A DNA stretch of 64,000 nt from Squalus acanthias (Eukaryota), in assembly GCA_030390025.1 (NCBI GenBank), contig JASTWF010000035.1, forward strand, positions 1 through 64,000, read 5' to 3'. The position numbers were made by a program, and so were the translations under genes. This document shows, piece after piece, positions 58,544 to 64,000 of the stretch. The notes beneath the pieces are model-generated. The model saw only the letters and a program-made list of their open reading frames with translations. It searched no databases and was not told where the DNA came from. Position 1 is the stretch's first letter. Each line of letters begins with the position of its first letter.

Positions 58544-61146
58544 TGCAGGCTTAGTGGGACGTGTGAGGTGGATTCGCCATGTCGGGCAATGGGCACCGGG
58601 GCGAACTGCAGCGCCGGTGATGCGAAGTCGTGGCGTTGCTGGTCGGCTGACCAGGGTGTCGTGGCGATGGGCAGGAACTCGCCGGGTACGCGCAGCGGCT
58701 GACCGTACACGAGCTCTGCTGCCGATGCGTGGAGGTCTTCTTTAACCGCGGTGCGCAGGCCGAGGAGGACCCACGGAAGTCGGTCGGTCCAGGCGCCGTC
58801 TTGGAGGCTGGCTCGAAGAGATGCCTTAAAGGATCTGTGGAACCGCTCACACAGTCCGTTGGCTTGGGGGTGGTACGCTGTGGTGCGGTGGATGGTCACC
58901 CCAAGATTGCGTGCGACGGCGGTCCAGAGTTCAGAAGTAAATTGCGGACCTCTGTCCGACGTCATGTCGGAGGGGAAGCCGAACCGTGTGACCCAGGTGC
59001 TGACGAAGGCTCTGGCGATGTCGGCGGTGGTGGTAGAGGTCAGTGGAATTGCCTCAGGCCAGCGTGTGGTGCGGTCAACGATGGTCAGCAAGTGCGTGTG
59101 GCCTTGCGACGGCGGCAGGGGCCCGACGATGTCCACGTGGATGTGGTCGAATCTCCGCGAGGGGACGGTAAACTCCTCGAGGGGTGCTTTCGTGTGTTGC
59201 TGTACCTTGGCCTGTTGGCAGGATAGGCAGGAGTTGGCCCAAGTACGCACATCCTTGCGAAGGCCGCGCCAGACAAAGCGGTTGGCTACCAATTTGATGG
59301 ATGCACGGGCGCCGGGGTGGGAGAGGTTGTGGAGAAGGCCGAATACCCGGCGGCGCCAGGATGCTGGGACGACGGGCCGAGGTTGACATAGGGATATGTC
59401 GCACTTGACCGTGACTGTGGTCGGGCCACAGGCGACGTCAGCCAGGCGTAGCCCTGGTAGGTTGGTGGGTGCGGAGAGCAGATCCGGGTTGGTGATCTGG
59501 TCTGCTGCGAGTTGAGCGTAGTCGACTGCTAGGTGTGCGGCGTGGATGGCGGGGCGGGAGAGGCAGTCGGCTACCACATTGTCTCGGCCGGAGACGTGTT
59601 GGATGTCCGTGGTGAACTCAGACACTGCCGCGAGCTGGCGCTGCTGCCTGGCGGACCAGGGGTCGGTTGTCTTTGCCATTGCGAATGTCAGGGGCTTGTG
59701 GTCGACAAACGCAGTGAAGGGGTGGCCCTCAAGCAAAAACTGGAAATGGCGGACCGCCAGGAACAGCGCGAGGAGCTCGCGGTCGAAGGTGCTGTACTTG
59801 ACCTCCGGGGGGCGTAGTTGGCGGCTGAAGAAGGCAAGTGGTTGCCAGGCGCCGTCGACCCACTGCTCATACACGGCGCCGACCGCGTGGTCGGAGGCGT
59901 CCGTGGTGAGCGCTACCCTGGCATTAGGCCGTGGGTGCGCGAGCAGGGTGGCGTTGGCGAGCGCGGTCTTGGTGGAATCGAAGGCGGCGGACGCGTCTGC
60001 CGTCCATTCGACCGCCATCTTGCCGCTCCTGCCCCAGAGGGCTTCATACAGGGGCCTCATGAGGGACGCCGCTTTGGGGATGAAGCGGTTGTAAAAATTC
60101 ACCATCCCGAGGAACTCCTGGAGGCCTTTGATGGTGGTGGGGCGGGGAAATTGTTGGACGGCCTGCACCTTGGTGGGCAGGGGAATGGCCCCAGCATGGT
60201 TGATGTGGTGGCCGAGGAAGTCGATCTTGTCCAGGCCGAACTGGCATTTGGCTGGGCTGAGGATGAGCCTGTGGTCGCTGAGGCGCCCGAACAGGATGCA
60301 AAGGTGTTTGAGGTGTTCCTGCTTGGAGGAACTGGCTACCAGGATGTCGTCCGGGTAGATGAACAGGAACTTCAGGTCCCGAAGGACCGAGTCCATGAGC
60401 CGTTGGAATGCCTGGGCCGCGTTTTTGAGGCCGAAGGGCATCCGCAGGAACTCGAACAGGCCGAAGGGGGTGATTACGGCCATCTTGGGGACATCCGCGG
60501 GGTGGACGAGGACTTGGTGGTAGCCGCGCACCAGGTCGACCTTGGAAAAGACTGAGCGGCCGGCCAGTCTAGCCAAGCAGTCCTGAATGTGCGGCACGGG
60601 GTACCGATCAGGGGTGGTGGCGTCATTGAGGCGGCGGTAATCCCCGCAGGGGCGCCAACCTCCGCCTGGTTTGGGGGCGATGTGGAGTGGGGAGGCCCAG
60701 GGACTGTTGGAGCGGTGGATGATGCCGAGCTGTTCCATGGTGGCAAACTCGGTCCGCGCGATCTCCAGTTTGGCTGGGTCCAGCCTGCGGGCGTGGGCGT
60801 ACACTGGGGGGCCTGTGGTGGGGATGAAGTGTTCCACCTCGCGTTTGGCGGCCTCCGTGGAGAAGGTCGGATTGGTAAGGGCCGGGAATTCGGCCAGGAG
60901 TGCCGAGTAGTCATCCGTGGCCCGGGCGTGGCACTGTGACGCCATGTCGGCGGGGGGCCATGGCGCCCAGGATGGGGGATATGGTGTTCATGTCCATGAG
61001 GCGGTGACGAGGGATGTCTACCAGTAGGCCGTGGGCGCACAGGAAATCTGCGCCGATGAGGGGGGAGAGCACCTTGGCAGAGATGAACTCCCATCGGTAG
61101 CGGTGACCAGCGAGGTCGAGGGTGACTGTCCGGGTGCCATACGTCC
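58544..61146 (-). pseudogene. pol: Gypsy pol (protease end, RT, RNase H, integrase)
   Basis: LIGADFL, SPWASPLH, RPCGDYRRLN, MPFGLKNA, YPDD (YLDD mutated), TDAS, DIVGPLP, SDRGPQF, ERFHR; frameshift near 60950. Confidence 0.92.
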
Positions 61147-61177
61147 GGGTTAGGGTTAGGGTTAGGGTTAGGGTTAG
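61147..61177 (+). repeat. Interstitial telomeric repeat (GGGTTA)5G
   Basis: 31 bp of perfect vertebrate telomere repeat at the Gypsy/CR1 junction. Confidence 0.95.
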
Positions 61178-62850
61178 ATAACCAATCCTCCACCCATGCC
61201 AGAATATTACCCCCAATCCAGTGATTTTTTATCTTGAGTAATAATCTTTTATGTGGCACCTTGTCGAATGCCATCTGGAAGTCTAAATACACTACATCCA
61301 CTGGTTCCCCTTTATCCACCCTGTACGTTATGTCCTCAAAGAACTCGAGCAAATTTGTCAGACATGACTGCCCCTTCATAAAGCTATGCTGACTTTGTCC
61401 TATTAAATTATGTTTATCTAAATGTTCCGTTACTGTTTCCTTAATAATAGACTCCAAAATTTTACCCACCACAGATGTTAGGCTAACTGGTCTATAATTT
61501 CCAGCCTTCTGCCGACAACCCTTTTTAAATAAGGGTGTTACATTAGCAGTTTTCCAATTTGCCGGGATCTTTGCTGAGTTCAGGGAGTTTTGGAAAATTA
61601 TTACCAAAGCATCCACAATTCCTGCTGCCACTTCCCTCAAGACCCTAGGATGTAAGCCATCAGGTCCAGGGGATTTATCTGCCTTGAGTCCCATTATTTT
61701 ACTGAGTACCAATTCCTTAGTGATTTTAATCGTATTTAGCTCCTCCCCCACTAGAGCCCCCTGTTTGTCCAGTGTTGGGATATTCTTAGTGTCCTCTACC
61801 GTAAAGACTGAAACAAAATATTTGTTCAGCATTTTTGCCATCTCCATGTTTCCCACCATTAATTTCCCGGTCTCATCCTCTAAGTGACCTACGGTTGCCT
61901 TAACCACCCTTTTTCTTTTTATATAACTATAGAAACTCTTGCAATCTGTTTTTATATTTTTTGCTAATTTATTTTCATAGTCTATTTTCCCTTTCTTAAT
62001 CAATACTTTAGTTACTTTTTGTTGTCTTTTGAAGACTTCCCAATCTTCTATCCTCCCACTAACTTTGGCTACCTTATATGTCCTTGCTTTTAGTTGGATA
62101 CTTTCTTTAATTTCTTTACTTCGCCATGGATGGCTGTCATTTCTTTTACACCCTTTTTTCCTCAGTGGAATATATTTATTTTGAAAGTTGTAAAATAACT
62201 CCTTGAATGTACACCACTGCTCATGTACCGTCTTACCCTTTAATCTATTTTCCCAGTCCGCTTTCATCAATTCTGCTCTCATGCCATCATAGTCTCCTTT
62301 ATTCAAGCTCAGTATGCTTGTTTGAGAACCAACCTTCTCACCCTCTAATTGGATATGGAATTCAACCATGTTATGGTCACTCATTCCAAGGGGATCCTTA
62401 ACTAGGACATTATTAATTAATCCAGACTCATTACACAGTACCAGGTCCAAGGTTGCTTGCCCCCTTGTAGGATCAGTTACATACTGCTCAAGAAATCCAT
62501 CCCTAAGACACTCAATAAACTCTTCCGCAAGGCTGCCCTGCCCAATTTGATTTGTCCAGTTAATATGATAGTTAAAATCCCCCATAATTATAGCTGTTCC
62601 CTTATTACATGCCCCAACTATTTCCTGATTAATACTTCTTCCAACAGAGTTGCAACTATTAGGAGACCTATATACTACGCCCACCAGTGTTTTTTTCCCC
62701 TTATTATTCCTTATCTCTACCCAAACTGTTTCATTATCCTAATCTTTTGACCCAATATCATTTCTCTGTATTACAGTGATTCCTTCCTTTATTAACATAG
62801 CCACCCCCACCTCCCCTTCCCCTTCCTTCCTGCCTGTCCTTCCTGATTGT
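61178..62850 (-). mobile_element. CR1 ORF2 fragment (endonuclease to mid-RT), both ends missing, inside Gypsy gag
   Basis: GVVYRSPN, MGDFNY, LDLVL, SDHN, NYRPVSLTS, YLDFQ.AFDKV. Confidence 0.92.
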
Positions 62851-63072
62851 CCTGAGGTGTGCGTACTTGCCTTCCTCTGGTGGGTTCTGCAGCGTTGTCC
62901 AAACCTTGGAAACTGTGGCGCTGCTGAGTAATGTGACGAGATAGTCGTACTTCGTCCCATCTGTGGTGATATTTCGCAGCCGGAAGCGAGATTCAGCTTG
63001 GAGAAACCAGGCTTCGGGCTGGTTTTCCCAAAACTCCGGCAGTTTCACGGAAACTGCGTTCGTGTCCGCCAT
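62851..63072 (-). pseudogene. gag: Gypsy gag N-terminus
   Basis: MADTNAVSVKLPEFW...PEAWFLQAESRF.LRNITTD.TKYDY, typical of CsRn1-type Gag. Confidence 0.85.
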
Positions 63073-63097
63073 TGCAGTGCTCGGAATACGTTCTGAG

Positions 63098-63111
63098 CGT
63101 CGGGGTCACCA
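63098..63111 (-). promoter_or_regulatory. Gypsy primer binding site, tRNA-Trp
   Basis: TGGTGACCCCGACG, 14-nt match to the known tRNA-Trp PBS. Confidence 0.88.
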
Positions 63112-63112
63112 A

Positions 63113-63374
63113 TGTTGAGGCTGCCGCGAAACACGAATGGAGGCTGAATCCATATGTGGAAAACAAGAAACTTTTATTCACTGCATGGCACACAAAATGG
63201 CTGAGAAAGCTGCTCCCAGAATTCTCTGGAAAAACTCCCAGAATTCTCTGGGTAAAACCTGAGGCCCCGCCCCCTTCTGCCTTAAAGGTAAAGTGCCTTA
63301 AAGGGGAAGGTGCTGGAAATTTGTCCACAGACGGAAGAGTGGATTATGCCCGTTTTAGGTGGCGATCCGCCACA
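63113..63374 (-). mobile_element. Gypsy 5' LTR
   Basis: Matches 48646-48929 with about 6 substitutions counted by eye. Confidence 0.92.
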
Positions 63375-63498
63375 ATTTAAACATTTTTAACAATCTATTC
63401 TCAGTACCAGAACAGGTTGGAAAACATTCTACTGATAATCTCTGCAATAATTTCTGGAATGCACTGCCTGACAGGGCGGTGGAAGCAGATTCAATAGT

Positions 63499-63633
63499 TG
63501 TAATCTATGTGGGTCCAACAAATGACGGGCAGAGACACGATGAGTGGCAGTCAAGGTGCTTGTTTACTCGGCCAGAGCGGACTGAGCATGCTCACACTAA
63601 ACCACGTGACAAATCATGTGACAATATATCACA
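63499..63633 (-). mobile_element. Copy B paralog of the old short Gypsy LTR
   Basis: Near-identical to 3039-3173. Confidence 0.75.
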
Positions 63634-63730
63634 CTGTTAATACCAGGATTGCAGAGCCTTCCTGATCTCCTTACAGAAGGTTTTGGCATTTTCCGAGTCT
63701 CTCATTATAACTATCTCCGTTCATCACAGA

Positions 63731-64000
63731 TCCCACTCTGGCCCTGTTCCCAGTCTGATCCTGGACTTTCAGTCCCACTCCCGCACTGTTCCCAGTATGA
63801 TCCTGGACTCTCAGTCCCACTCCCGCCCTGTTCCCAGTCTGATCCAGGACTCGGTCCCACTCCCGCTCTGTTCCCAGTCTGATCCTGGACTCTCAGTTCC
63901 ACTCCGCCCTGTTCCCAGTCTGATCCTGGACTCTCAGTCCCACTCCCGCTCTGTTCCCAGTCTGATCCTGGACTCTCATTCCCACTCCGTCCTGTTCCCA
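63731..64000. repeat. 42-bp minisatellite, copy B paralog (runs off window)
   Basis: Same unit as 12620-13632. Confidence 0.93.

Larger units (their letters stand above)
48646..63374 (-). mobile_element. CsRn1-like Gypsy LTR retrotransposon hosting ERV-2 and a CR1
   Basis: LTR pair, 4-bp TSD ATTT (48642-48645 / 63375-63378), empty site in copy A (CAACATTTAAAC near 2911), PBS, PPT, gag and pol. Confidence 0.93.

Noticed and set aside
60474..62684. 736-aa ORF as a novel fusion gene
   Set aside because: CR1 fragment reading through the telomeric patch (NPNPNP) into an off-frame Gypsy sequence.

Overview
Vertebrate genomic DNA, very probably a shark or ray (HE1-type V-SINE, DeuSINE, abundant HER1/CR1 LINEs). 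The only host gene is a tandemly duplicated RDH11/12/13/DHRS13-like (SDR7C-type) short-chain dehydrogenase on the + strand. Copy A shows exons 2-6 (2459-33822). Copy B shows exons 1-2 (44707-48425) and runs off the window. The introns are filled with nested transposons and minisatellites. The most notable content is a pair of related endogenous retrovirus-like elements. Their Env looks like a paramyxo/pneumovirus-F-type class I fusogen (lokiretrovirus-like), with an apparent N-terminal immunoglobulin domain. ERV-1 (19406-~27190, minus) keeps a damaged pol (degenerate tether + second RNase H + integrase with a long tail) and env. ERV-2 (49286-58539, plus) is very young and complete at both ends: 1625-bp near-identical LTRs, CTGG TSD and a tRNA-Arg PBS overlapping the gag ATG. 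It has no pol. Instead, gag is followed in frame, across a single UGA-CUAG readthrough-type stop, by a non-enzymatic ORF built from a Gag-like coiled coil plus the ERV-1 integrase tail, and then by an intact env. ERV-2 sits inside a CsRn1-like Gypsy element that also carries a CR1 fragment joined through a short (TTAGGG)n patch. Boundaries were read by eye; TE edges without TSDs are approximate and family names come from motif recognition, not database searches.
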